From Dehalococcoidia bacterium (GTDB lineage Bacteria > Chloroflexota > Dehalococcoidia > Lucifugimonadales > Australimonadaceae): a DNA stretch of 64,000 nt. Location of the stretch: NCBI GenBank assembly GCA_965249325.1, contig CBDFLP010000019.1, positions 24,950-88,949 on the forward strand, written 5' to 3'. Under the pieces are notes generated by a model, which did no database searches, had not been told where the DNA came from, and saw nothing but the letters and a program-made list of their open reading frames with translations. Below are positions 37,970-47,885 of the stretch, one piece after another (the stretch's first letter is position 1; each line of letters starts with the position of its first letter). A program made the translations under genes and the position numbers.

Positions 37970-39121
37970 TTACGCCCCCACGGACTCGATCTCGGCGGCG
38001 ACGGCCTCGACTTCTTCGAGGAGGGCGGTGAGCATGTCGGCTTCTTCTACGACGCGGGCTTTGCGGCCCTTGCGGAAGATGACGGCGCGGCCGGCGCCGG
38101 CGGCTATGCCCACGTCGGCGTCCTTCGCCTCGCCGGGGCCGTTGACCTCGCAGCCCATCACGGCAACCTTCACGCTGGTCTCCATGCCCTTGAGCATGTC
38201 ATCGACGGTGTTGGCGAGCTTGCGGATGTCAACGTCGGCGCGGCCGCAGGAGGGGCAGGCGACCATCTGCACGCCCTTCTTGCGGAGGTCGAGGGCCTTC
38301 AATATCTCGTACCCGACCTCGACCTCCTCGCGGGACTCGTCGCTGAGCGAAACGCGGATGGTGTCGCCGATGCCGTCGTAGAGGAGAGCGCCAAGGCCGA
38401 TGGCGCTGCGGATGGAGCCGGAGCGAGCGGTGCCGGCCTCGGTGATGCCGAGGTGGAAGGGGTACGGGACCATCGGGGCGAGCTTGCGGTACGCCTCGAC
38501 GGTCGTGTCGATGTCGTAGGCCTTGAGGGATATCTTGATGAGGTCGAAATCGAGGTCTTCGAGGAGCTGTATCTCCCAGAGGCCCGTCGCGACCATGTGG
38601 TCGACGGTGGAGACGCCTTCGCCCCCGCCCGACGCTTCCGAGCCCTTCAGGAGGCGGTTGACGCCGTCCGCGTGGCGGTGCTGGCCGCGGGTGACGCCGA
38701 TGGCGCCGACGGGGGGCAGGCTGCCGAAGTTGACGCCGATGCGTATGGGGACCTGGCGCACCTTCGCCTCACGGACAACGGTCCGCACCTTCTCCGGGTC
38801 GCGGATATTGCCGGGGTTCAGCCGCAGGCAGTCGATGCCCTGTTCGAGCGCTTCCAAGGCAAGCTGATAATGGAAGTGGATGTCGGCGACGACGGGAATC
38901 CCGACCTGCCGCTTGATGGGTCCGAGGGCTTGGGCGGCCTCCATGTCGGGCACGGCGCAGCGGATAATCTCGCAGCCGGCCTCTTCGAGCTCATGAATCT
39001 GGCGAACGGTGGCTTCCACGTCGCGCGTGTCGGTCTTGGTCATGGACTGGACGGTGATTGGCGCGTCGCCACCCACTTTGACGTCGCCCACCCACACTGG
39101 TTTGGTCATTCGGCGTCGCAT
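37970..39121 (-). CDS. ispG: 4-hydroxy-3-methylbut-2-en-1-yl diphosphate synthase
   Basis: VGDVKVGGDAPITVQSMT, RCAVPD, ACPSCGR; 383 aa. Confidence 0.92.
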   Translation of the reverse strand: MRRRMTKPVWVGDVKVGGDAPITVQSMTKTDTRDVEATVRQIHELEEAGCEIIRCAVPDMEAAQALGPIKRQVGIPVVADIHFHYQLALEALEQGIDCLRLNPGNIRDPEKVRTVVREAKVRQVPIRIGVNFGSLPPVGAIGVTRGQHRHADGVNRLLKGSEASGGGEGVSTVDHMVATGLWEIQLLEDLDFDLIKISLKAYDIDTTVEAYRKLAPMVPYPFHLGITEAGTARSGSIRSAIGLGALLYDGIGDTIRVSLSDESREEVEVGYEILKALDLRKKGVQMVACPSCGRADVDIRKLANTVDDMLKGMETSVKVAVMGCEVNGPGEAKDADVGIAAGAGRAVIFRKGRKARVVEEADMLTALLEEVEAVAAEIESVGA

Positions 39122-39199
39122 GTGTGGCTCCTTCGGCTCGCCTGATTCGGTCCCGCGTCATTGTATCGCACGGCTCCACCTATAGCCTCCGCGCTCGCA

Positions 39200-39239
39200 G
39201 GCGGCCCCCTCCCAACCTCCCCCGCAGACGGGGGAGGGG
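39200..39239 (+). repeat. REP-like element family B copy
   Basis: GGCGGCCCCCTCCCAACCTCCCCCGCAGACGGGGGAGGGG. Confidence 0.65.
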
Positions 39240-39254
39240 TTTAGCGGTGGGGAA

Positions 39255-39591
39255 TCAGCGCCCGATGGCGCCTTTGCGCTCGGCGAGGGCGGCCTCGATG
39301 AGCAAGCGAACGCCAGGCCGGGCTGCATCTTCGAGCGAGCGAACCTTTACGTGCAGCCGAGCGCCTGTCCCCGTCAGCCCACGCGCCGTAGGGCAGGATG
39401 TAGGCGTAGCCGTCGATCATCTTCCTGGGCCCGACGCCGTACGTGGCTGCGCGGTCGCCGAGACGCACGACCTCGCACGCCTCCGGGTGGATGTCGAAGA
39501 CAAGCGCCCGCAGCGCCTCGGCCACCGGCCGCAGAGGCTGCTCCGTCATCTGGAGCAAGTCGTCAAATGTTCCGAGTCGCGCGGTCGACAT
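39255..39591 (-). pseudogene. DUF1801 (YdhG-like) protein, internal deletion/frameshift
   Basis: N-part runs ..ATYGVGPRKMIDGYAYILPYGAW. The expected tail GLTGTGARLHVKVRSLEDAARPGVRLLIEAALAERKGAIGR-stop is in another frame, with ~20 residues apparently missing. Confidence 0.5.
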
Positions 39592-39608
39592 ATCTAAGGT
39601 TGGCTCCT

Positions 39609-39677
39609 CCCTCCTCAGTCCTCCCCCGCAGGGGGGCGGGCGGCCCCCTCTCTAACTCTCCCCCGCAGACGGTGGAG
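39609..39677 (+). repeat. REP-like cluster (family C plus a family B copy truncated by the IS)
   Basis: CCTCCTCAGTCCTCCCCCGCAGGGGGG, then GGCGGCCCCCTCTCTAACTCTCCCCCGCAGACGGTGGAG, ending at the IS junction. Confidence 0.65.
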
Positions 39678-39692
39678 CAACTGTGTTGGAAG

Positions 39693-40640
39693 TCAAGCCA
39701 TCTGGGGGTTCCACGGAGTCCCGTGCCGGAGCATGGCGTTGAGGACGGTCAGCAGCTTGCGCATGCACGCGGTGAGCGCCACCTTCGGAGGCTTGCCCGC
39801 TTTCACCAGGCGCGCATAGAACTCCTTGATCACCGGGTTGCATCGCATCGCCGTGACCGTCGGCATGTAGAGGGCCGCCCTCACCTCCGCGCGACCGCCC
39901 CAACAGGTGCGCGCTCCACGGAATTCCCCGCTGTCTCGCGCGAAGGGCGCCAGGCCCACCAGGGAGGCGACCTGCTTGTTGCTGAGGGCGCCCAGCTCGG
40001 GCAGGCCCGCCAGCAGGGTAAAGGTGAGCGCCGGCCCCACGCCCGGCACACTGCGCAGCAGCTCGTCGCGCTCCCGCCAGAGCGGCGACTCCCGCAGCCG
40101 CCGCGTCAGGTCTTCATCGATCTCTTCCAACTCTTGATTGTAGAAGGCGATTGCCCGGTCGATCCCGCGCCGCACAACAGGGACCGCTTGCTTCCGGTGC
40201 TGCAGTTCGACCGTCCGCATGCGGACGACCTGGCGGCGGCGGGTCACGAGGGCTGCGAGCTCCCGCGCCTCTGCGGGGACCGGCGGTTGCGGTTGGAGTT
40301 CACTGACCTCGCCGAAGTGGGCAATCACCGCCGCGTCGAGCCGGTCCGTCTTGGCCAGCTTCCCCTGGGACCGTGCGAATTCGCGCACGTGGCGGGCGTT
40401 CACCACGGCGACGGGGAGGCCAGCGACAGCGAGGGCAGCGGCCGGCAACCGCTCGCACCCGCCGGAGGCTTCCATGACGATGAGCTGGGGCCGCAACGCG
40501 TCGAGTTGCCGGACCAGTTCGTCGATGGCGTCCTCGTTCTGGGCCGCGCGCCACGCGGCGCCGGTGGGCCGGACGGCGACGTCCAGCCAGTCCCCGGAGA
40601 CATCGATGCCGACGAACACGTTCTGAGGGACAGTAGACAC
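39693..40640 (-). CDS. IS110-family DEDD transposase/recombinase
   Basis: GTG 40640 follows AGGAGG. Contains VFVGIDVSGDWLDVAV, LIVMEASGGCE, LRSVPGVGPALTFTLLAGLPELG and LVGLAPFARDSGEFRG. Confidence 0.88.
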   Translation of the reverse strand: MSTVPQNVFVGIDVSGDWLDVAVRPTGAAWRAAQNEDAIDELVRQLDALRPQLIVMEASGGCERLPAAALAVAGLPVAVVNARHVREFARSQGKLAKTDRLDAAVIAHFGEVSELQPQPPVPAEARELAALVTRRRQVVRMRTVELQHRKQAVPVVRRGIDRAIAFYNQELEEIDEDLTRRLRESPLWRERDELLRSVPGVGPALTFTLLAGLPELGALSNKQVASLVGLAPFARDSGEFRGARTCWGGRAEVRAALYMPTVTAMRCNPVIKEFYARLVKAGKPPKVALTACMRKLLTVLNAMLRHGTPWNPQMA

Positions 40641-40803
40641 TTCGTTCCTCCTGCTTGGCCCGTCCTTGTGCGATGCGGGCTCGCTCTGGCCCCGGCAACT
40701 GTTCGGGCTCTCTGGTGGGGGCGGCGGGGCGACCTCGCTCCACCACGGTCTCTTCCAACCGAGAGGACAACGGCCTGCCCCGCCATCTCCGACAACATAC
40801 AAG
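40641..40803 (-). ncRNA. Candidate IS110 bridge (guide) RNA region in the non-coding left end
   Basis: 163-nt non-coding left end versus a 15-nt right end, the IS110-subgroup layout. Contains CTCCACC (40738..40744), complementary to flank GGTGGAG (39671..39677), and GCAACTGT (40695..40702), identical to the junction 39677..39684. Confidence 0.4.
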
Positions 40804-40834
40804 GGGACCGGAGCAGACGGGCGCGGGAACGCCG

Positions 40835-42136
40835 CTACTGCCCTAGGACGCTGCCGCCGGTCAGCAGGCGCTGAATGTCGTTGACCGAGACGGCGATGAT
40901 TGCTCCTATCAGCACGGCGAAGCCGACTAGGTGAACGACGCGCTCTTTCGAAGGAGCAAGACGCCGGCCGCCGCGAGCCAGCTCCACCAGCACGAAGAGG
41001 ATGCGGCCGCCGTCGAGGGCGGGGATCGGGAGCAGGTTGACGATCGCCAGGTTGATCGAGAGGAGCGCCGTCCACATGATGAGAGGGCTGAGGCCCGCGC
41101 GGGCAACGTCGCCCGTTATCTGGGCGATGCCCACCGGCCCCGCCACCTGGATGCCGCCCGAGCCCGCCACCCAACGCGAGACCTCATTGCGGAACAAGAC
41201 CAGTATCTCCCACATCTGCCGGATGCTTGACCCAAGCGCCCGCAGCGGCCCCTGCGACCGGGGATCCTCGGGGCGCTCGCTAACGGTCAGGCCGTCCAGC
41301 CCGCCCAGACCGGGCGGAAGCTCCAGGCTCGCGATGCCCGCCGACCGGAGCACGTCCACGTTCACCGGCGCGCCGGGGTCCGCCTCCAGCTCACCGGCCA
41401 CGACCTCCTCAGGGTCGCCCTCGTTCAGCACCCGCGACGAACCGACGCGGAGGAGGAGGTCGCCCTCGCGCAGGCCGATCTGCGCCGCCGTCGAGCCCGG
41501 TGCCACGTCCGTGACCGTCAGCCGTCCGTCCGTCAGCAGGATGCCGACCGCGCCCTGGCCCGGCGGCGGCGCAACCCGCGCCTCCGGGATGCGCAGCTCT
41601 ACCAGCCGCCCCTGCCGCTCGACGATCCAGACCATGTCGGCGCCGAGGCGGAGCTGGATGGCGGTCTGCAGGTCGGCTGAGTTGTCGATCTGACGCCCAT
41701 CCGCGGTCCGCACGATGTCTCCGGCGAGCACGCCCGCGGCTTCCGCAGGCGACCCGGGCGCCACCTCCAAGACCGCCGCGTCCGTCACTCGGACAGGCTG
41801 CGGGAGCATGAAGACGATGGTGAGCAGGATGACGGGAAGAAGCGCGTTCATCGCGGGACCGGCCCCCAGCACTGCGAGCCTGCGCCACGCGCTCTTGCTC
41901 GCGAAGCTCTCCGGGCCGTCGGGGTCCTCTTCCCCCAGCATCCGCACGAACCCGCCGAGGGGGAGGAGGTTCAGCGAATAGGTGGTGTCGCCCCGGGTGA
42001 TGCCGAAGATGCGGGGCGGATAGCCGACGCCGAACTCCAGCACCTTGACCTTCGAGAGCTTGGCCACGGTGAAGTGGCCGAGCTCGTGCGCTATGACGAG
42101 CACGCCCAGGACAACGATGAAGATGAGGATGGTCAT
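40835..42136 (-). CDS. rseP: RIP metalloprotease (site-2 protease, M50) RseP
   Basis: MTILIFIVVLGVLVIAHELGHF, PDZ region, NLLPIPALDGG. Start taken at Met64 of the listed ORF. Confidence 0.88.
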   Translation of the reverse strand: MTILIFIVVLGVLVIAHELGHFTVAKLSKVKVLEFGVGYPPRIFGITRGDTTYSLNLLPLGGFVRMLGEEDPDGPESFASKSAWRRLAVLGAGPAMNALLPVILLTIVFMLPQPVRVTDAAVLEVAPGSPAEAAGVLAGDIVRTADGRQIDNSADLQTAIQLRLGADMVWIVERQGRLVELRIPEARVAPPPGQGAVGILLTDGRLTVTDVAPGSTAAQIGLREGDLLLRVGSSRVLNEGDPEEVVAGELEADPGAPVNVDVLRSAGIASLELPPGLGGLDGLTVSERPEDPRSQGPLRALGSSIRQMWEILVLFRNEVSRWVAGSGGIQVAGPVGIAQITGDVARAGLSPLIMWTALLSINLAIVNLLPIPALDGGRILFVLVELARGGRRLAPSKERVVHLVGFAVLIGAIIAVSVNDIQRLLTGGSVLGQ

Positions 42137-42149
42137 GGCCCTGGGGCCG

Positions 42150-43256
42150 CTAGCTGCTCGCCACAGCAGCCGCCGTCTGCCGGCGCGCCCATGCGTCGGC
42201 CTCCAGGACGGCTTCGGGAGTGAAGACGTCGAAGGGTTCGTGCCTTTCGAGGACGCCGTCGACGAGGCGGCGGATGTCGCCGAACCCGATGTGGCCGTCC
42301 AGAAATAGATGGACCGCCTCCTCATCGGCGGCGCTCAGGACGGCTGGATAACTCTGCTGCTTGCGGCCAGCCTCGACCCCCATCACGAAGCAGGGATAGC
42401 GGGCCGCGTCCATCTCCTCGAAGGTCAGCGAGGGGTAGGCGAGGGGGTTGTACTTCGACAGCGAGCCGTTGGGCACGCGCTGGGGGTGCGCGAGGGCGAC
42501 CTGGATGGGCAGCCGCATGTCGGGCGGCCCCATCTGCGCCTTCACCGAGCCGTCGGCGAACTCGACCATCGAGTGGATGACGCTCTGCGGATGGACGACC
42601 ACGTCGATCTGCTCGAACGGCACGTCGAACAGCCACCGGCACTCGATGACCTCGAACGCCTTGTTCATCAGTGTCGAGGAGTCGATCGTGATCTTCCTGC
42701 CCATCACCCAGGTGGGATGCGCCAACGCCTCCGCAGACGTAACCGACTCCATCTCGTCCAGCGGCCGCTTCCGGAAGGGGCCGCCCGACGCGGTGATGAT
42801 GAGCTTGCTCACCGGCTCGTCCTCCCCACGGAGGCACTGCCAAATGGCGGAAGGCTCGCTATCCACGGGAAGGAGGGGCGCGTTGTGCTCGGCGGCGGCG
42901 CGCGTGACGAGCTCGCCCGCCATGACGATCACCTCTTTGTTCGAGAGGGCAACCGCCTTGCCGGCCCGCAGCGCGTTGAGCGTGGGGACGAGGCCCGCGC
43001 GCCCCGTCGTCGCCACCATCACGATGTCGACATCCGGGGCCGTGACCATCTCCTCCATGGGCGTCCGCTTCGCCGAACCGAACGCGTCTGGCCACGTCAT
43101 GTGGGGGGCGAATTCTTCGGCCTGCTTCGCCAAGAGGTCGACGTTGCGCCCCGCGGCCAGGCCGACGACCTTGAACTCGTCGGGAAGCGCGCGCACTACG
43201 TCCAACGTCTGCGTGCCGATGGAGCCGGTTGAGCCGAGGACGACGATGTTCTTCAT
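42150..43256 (-). CDS. dxr: 1-deoxy-D-xylulose 5-phosphate reductoisomerase
   Basis: MKNIVVLGSTGSIGTQTLDVV, LANKE-like LSNKE, IITASGGPF. Confidence 0.92.
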   Translation of the reverse strand: MKNIVVLGSTGSIGTQTLDVVRALPDEFKVVGLAAGRNVDLLAKQAEEFAPHMTWPDAFGSAKRTPMEEMVTAPDVDIVMVATTGRAGLVPTLNALRAGKAVALSNKEVIVMAGELVTRAAAEHNAPLLPVDSEPSAIWQCLRGEDEPVSKLIITASGGPFRKRPLDEMESVTSAEALAHPTWVMGRKITIDSSTLMNKAFEVIECRWLFDVPFEQIDVVVHPQSVIHSMVEFADGSVKAQMGPPDMRLPIQVALAHPQRVPNGSLSKYNPLAYPSLTFEEMDAARYPCFVMGVEAGRKQQSYPAVLSAADEEAVHLFLDGHIGFGDIRRLVDGVLERHEPFDVFTPEAVLEADAWARRQTAAAVASS

Positions 43257-43296
43257 GTCGCTAGACCTCTGTCCGCCGAGCCAGCATCGCTTTCCA

Positions 43297-44154
43297 TCAG
43301 ACGGGCCAGTAACGAGAGGCATAGTAGACGAGGGGGAACACCGGGACAAGGCTGTCGAGCCGGTCGAGGAGTCCGCCGTGGCCGGGGATGAGCCCGCTCG
43401 CATCTTTGACGCGGGCCAGCCGCTTCAACTTCGATTCCAACAGGTCTCCCACCTGCGAGACGAGCCCGATGCTCACGCCGAGGACGGACGCAGCAATCAG
43501 GTGGTCGGACACTTGGTCGAACAGACACACCAGGCCGATAGTCGCGCCCACGCCGCCGAGCAGTCCCCCCGCGGCGCCCTCCCAGGTCTTGCCCGGCGAG
43601 ATGCTCGGGGCCATCTTGTGCCGTCCGATGAGCCGTCCGACCACGTAGGCGCTCGTGTCCGTCGCGAACGTGGCGAGGAACGCCAGGGCGACCCATTGCA
43701 GACCGGCGTCGCTGAAGCCCAAGGCGTAGTCGGCGGCTGCCGGGCCGCCGTCGCCCAGCCGCGTCAGCACGAGGGCCGCGAGGGAGAGCGACACGTAGGC
43801 TGCGCCTACTGTCATGAGCGTCCAGTCGCCGACGGCTTTGAGAGACCTACGCCAAACGATGGACACGAGCGCCAGGGCGACGGCGCCGGCTGCGAGGGCG
43901 ATGAGGACGGCCCGCTCGTCGATGGCGGCGGCGGCGGTCGTCGCTCCAGCCCAGATCGAGCCTCCAACGATGAACGGGCGCCATCCGGCAAGCCGCTGGA
44001 GGATGAGAAGCTCGACTGCGCCGACGAAGGCGGCGAATGCCGCAACGCCCGCGAGCCAGTAGCCTCCAGCCCAGAGGACGAGAGCGAGCAAGGGCAGGCC
44101 AACGGCGGCGCTGAGCAGGCGCAGCAGCAGCTCAGGCCGCCCTGCAGCGGCCAT
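43297..44154 (-). CDS. cdsA: Phosphatidate cytidylyltransferase
   Basis: Polytopic. SDTSAYVVGRLIGRHKMAPSISPGKTWEG. The start overlaps the uppS stop by 1 nt (TAATG). Confidence 0.88.
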   Translation of the reverse strand: MAAAGRPELLLRLLSAAVGLPLLALVLWAGGYWLAGVAAFAAFVGAVELLILQRLAGWRPFIVGGSIWAGATTAAAAIDERAVLIALAAGAVALALVSIVWRRSLKAVGDWTLMTVGAAYVSLSLAALVLTRLGDGGPAAADYALGFSDAGLQWVALAFLATFATDTSAYVVGRLIGRHKMAPSISPGKTWEGAAGGLLGGVGATIGLVCLFDQVSDHLIAASVLGVSIGLVSQVGDLLESKLKRLARVKDASGLIPGHGGLLDRLDSLVPVFPLVYYASRYWPV

Positions 44155-44897
44155 TAGTCCTCTTTCGGAAGCGCCCCAAACCGACGATTTCGGCGCTTGT
44201 ACTCGTCGAGGGCGCGCTCGACCTCAGCCGCGTCGAAATCAGGCCAAAAGGTGGGCGTCTGGTAGTACTCGCTGTACGCCGCCTGCCAGATGAGGAAGTT
44301 GCTGAGCCGCTGCTCGCCCGCGGTGCGGATGATGAGGTCCGGGTCCGGCACATCGGGCAGGTAGAGGTTCGCGCGCACCAGCTCTTCGGTTACGTCCTCC
44401 GGGGCCGTCCCCGAGGCGACGATGCGGCGGACCGCCTCGACTATCTCGGCGCGCCCTCCGTAGTCAAAGGCGACGCACAGCTCGAGGCCGGTGTTGGCGG
44501 CGGTGAGCGATACGGCACTCTCGATCGCGTCGGCGAGAGGCGCAGGCAGACGGCTGCGGGCGCCCAGATGCCGGATGCGGACGTTGCTCCTGTGCAGCTT
44601 GCCAACCTCGCTCGCGATTACGGACTGTAAGAGGTCGAGCAGCCCGGCGACCTCGTTGTCCGGCCTGCTCCAGTTCTCCGTGGAGAACGCGAAGATGGTG
44701 ACGAACTCGACGCCCGCGCCGTGCATCGCATGGAGGACATCCCTGAGATTGCGCGCCCCGGCTTCATGGCCCGTCAGCCGCGGCATCCCGCGCTTCCTCG
44801 CCCAGCGCCCGTTGCCGTCCATGATGACGGCGACGTGCCGGGGCGCGCCCGAGGCCAATCTGCGAGCTGCCCGCTCGCCGGAGATTTCGAGCGTCAT
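44154..44897 (-). CDS. uppS: Isoprenyl transferase (undecaprenyl diphosphate synthase)
   Basis: HVAVIMDGNGRWA, FAFSTENWSRP, RTAGEQRLSNFLIWQ. Confidence 0.92.
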   Translation of the reverse strand: MTLEISGERAARRLASGAPRHVAVIMDGNGRWARKRGMPRLTGHEAGARNLRDVLHAMHGAGVEFVTIFAFSTENWSRPDNEVAGLLDLLQSVIASEVGKLHRSNVRIRHLGARSRLPAPLADAIESAVSLTAANTGLELCVAFDYGGRAEIVEAVRRIVASGTAPEDVTEELVRANLYLPDVPDPDLIIRTAGEQRLSNFLIWQAAYSEYYQTPTFWPDFDAAEVERALDEYKRRNRRFGALPKED

Positions 44898-44902
44898 GCG
44901 CT

Positions 44903-45475
44903 CTAGACCTCCATCAGCTCGGCCTCTTTCTTGGAGGCCACCTCGTCCGCCTTGGCGATATGGACGTCGGTAATCTTCTGCAGGGCTTCCTGCTCGCGGT
45001 GCAGGTCGTCCTGAGATATCTCCTTGTTCTTTTCGAGGCCCCGCAGGTGCTCCAGAGCGTCGCGACGGACGTTGCGCACTGCGACGTGGGATTCCTCTCG
45101 CTGACGCTTCAACCGCTTGACCATCTCCAGTCTGCGCTCCTGCGTCATAGCGGGGATGGGCAGGCGGATGACGTTGCCGTCGACGTTCGGGGTCAGCCCG
45201 AGGTCCGCCTTCTGAAGCCCCTTACCGATGACGCCGAGAGCGCTCTTGTCGAACGGCTGCACGACCAGCAACCGCGAGTCCGGAGCGGTGACGGTTGCGA
45301 GCTGATTGAGCGGCATCAGGGTCCCGTAGGCCTCGATTCTGACCGAATCAAGCATGCTGGGGTTTGCGCGGCCCGTGCGGATCGCGTCAGCCTCGTGCCG
45401 GAGCACCTCAATGGTCTTGTCCATCCGCTCGGCGGCGTCTTCCAGGACTAGTTCGATTTCCTCGTTCTCAGCCAT
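44903..45475 (-). CDS. frr: Ribosome recycling factor
   Basis: 190 aa. IRTGRANPSMLD, VRNVRRDA. Confidence 0.92.
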   Translation of the reverse strand: MAENEEIELVLEDAAERMDKTIEVLRHEADAIRTGRANPSMLDSVRIEAYGTLMPLNQLATVTAPDSRLLVVQPFDKSALGVIGKGLQKADLGLTPNVDGNVIRLPIPAMTQERRLEMVKRLKRQREESHVAVRNVRRDALEHLRGLEKNKEISQDDLHREQEALQKITDVHIAKADEVASKKEAELMEV

Positions 45476-45554
45476 GTCGCGGACCTCTCGTTCTTCTCAT
45501 CATCCCCGAGCCTGGGCCATCATCCGCGCATCCCGCGCGGGGCGGGACGATGCC

Positions 45555-46307
<753 letters not shown>

Positions 46308-46811
46308 CTACTCGCCCAGACCGTACCGCGCGAACCGTCCCACGCGGATGTTCTCCCCCACCTTCGCCCGCACTTCCAGGATAAGGTCGGCGATGGTCTT
46401 GCTCGGCTCTTTGATGAAGGACTGCCTCATCAGACAGACCTCCTCGGGCGTGGCCTCTGAGTCCTCAGGGATGTCCTCCGCGTCTAGGTAGAGGGGAGAC
46501 ATCGCTGCAACCTGCATCGCGATGTTGTGGGCCAAATCTTTGAACTCCGGCGTTCTGCCGACGAAGTCCGTCTCGCAGTTGAGCTCAATCATCGCTCCGA
46601 TGCGGCTCCCCGCGTGGATGTAGGAGTCGATAATCCCTTCGGCGGTTGCGCGGCCCGCCTTGGTCGCGGCCTTGGCCATACCCTTCTCGCGAAGGGTTCT
46701 CTCGGCCTTGTCGATGTCCCCCGACGCGTCTTCGAGGGCCCGTTTCGAGTCCATTATGCCCGCGCCCGTACGCTCACGGAGCAGGCGGATTGATTCCGTG
46801 GAAACCTGCAC
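46308..46811 (-). CDS. tsf: Translation elongation factor Ts (short form)
   Basis: IRLLRERTGAGIMDSKRALE, ELNCETDFV; 167 aa. Confidence 0.88.
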   Translation of the reverse strand: MQVSTESIRLLRERTGAGIMDSKRALEDASGDIDKAERTLREKGMAKAATKAGRATAEGIIDSYIHAGSRIGAMIELNCETDFVGRTPEFKDLAHNIAMQVAAMSPLYLDAEDIPEDSEATPEEVCLMRQSFIKEPSKTIADLILEVRAKVGENIRVGRFARYGLGE

Positions 46812-46836
46812 TAGCTACCTCGCTAAGGTTAGTGGG

Positions 46837-47706
46837 CTATGTTTCGTCGGCATCAGGATCCGACTCGTCGTCGGCAACCTCGATGTCCGCCGCTTCAGCT
46901 GCTTCCGGCTCGGCGTCTTCCGTCGTGGGGGGCTCGTCGCCCACCATGCTGTAGCCGCCTCGCATCGCGAGCCACTGGTTGTGACCCTCCATGGCGGCGC
47001 GCGCGATGTGGCTGGAGACCAACCGAATCGACCGGATCGCGTCGTCGTTGCCGGGCACCGGCCAGTCAATCGTCGTGGGGTTACAGTCCGTGTCCACCAG
47101 CGCGATGATCGGCACTCCCGCGCGACGCGCCTCCGCGACCGCGATGTCCTCCCGACCCACGTCGACAATGAACATGGCGCCTGGCAGGGTGGTCATCTCT
47201 TTGATGCCCCCCAAGTACCGGTTGAGCTTCTCAATGGAGGCTTCCAGCTTGAGAGCCTCCTTCTTGGGCAGCCGCGAGAACTCGCCCCGCGCCCTACGTT
47301 CCTCCAGCCGCACCAGATAGTCGATCCTCTTTTCGATGGTGGCGAAGTTGGTGATGGTGCCGCCGAGCCAGCGCTGGTTGACGAAGAACTGCCCCGCGCG
47401 CATCGCCTCCTCGCGGATGGCGTCCTGCGCCTGCTTCTTCGTCCCCACCATCAGGATTCGCTTGCCGTCGGCGGTGACCTCCCTGGCGAACTCGCACGCC
47501 TGTTCCAGCAGCCCCATGGTCTGCTGCAGGTCGACAATGTGGATGCCGTTGCGCTGGGCAAAAATAAAACGCCGCATCCGCGGGTTCCACCTGTGCGTCT
47601 GATGACCGAAATGGACTCCCGCCTCTAGCAGCGCCTTCATGCTCAGGGCATCCTCGCCTTGCGGCGCCACTTCCCGAGCAGGGGCTGAAATTGCCTCTTG
47701 AACCAT
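46837..47706 (-). CDS. rpsB: 30S ribosomal protein S2
   Basis: [32 protein letters not shown], acidic C-terminal tail. The N-terminal start is uncertain. Confidence 0.9.
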   Translation of the reverse strand: MVQEAISAPAREVAPQGEDALSMKALLEAGVHFGHQTHRWNPRMRRFIFAQRNGIHIVDLQQTMGLLEQACEFAREVTADGKRILMVGTKKQAQDAIREEAMRAGQFFVNQRWLGGTITNFATIEKRIDYLVRLEERRARGEFSRLPKKEALKLEASIEKLNRYLGGIKEMTTLPGAMFIVDVGREDIAVAEARRAGVPIIALVDTDCNPTTIDWPVPGNDDAIRSIRLVSSHIARAAMEGHNQWLAMRGGYSMVGDEPPTTEDAEPEAAEAADIEVADDESDPDADET

Positions 47707-47885
47707 GGGACCTGCCTTTCCGTCGATCTAAGATATTTCCGCGAGGCTCGACGTTCCCCGCGGCTGTTTTAGAGACGCGCCCGATTCTAACACAGCAGGC
47801 GCGAAGCGTTCGCCGGGCGGCCCCTGCTCCAGTCCTCCCGCAGCCGGAGGAGGACGCATCCGCCGGAGGAGAAGGGAAGGTGCGC

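Larger units (their letters stand above)
39678..40803 (-). mobile_element. IS110-family insertion sequence (~1.13 kb) inserted in a family B REP element
   Basis: Boundaries inferred by aligning the split REP halves (39639..39677 and 40804..40820) with the intact copy at 37279..37329. CT dinucleotide at both junctions; no terminal inverted repeats. Confidence 0.65.

Noticed and set aside
37230-39680. CRISPR array suggested by recurring palindromic repeats
   Set aside because: The repeats belong to different families, and they are irregularly spaced and in mixed orientation. No cas genes are present. They behave as REP/MITE-like elements.
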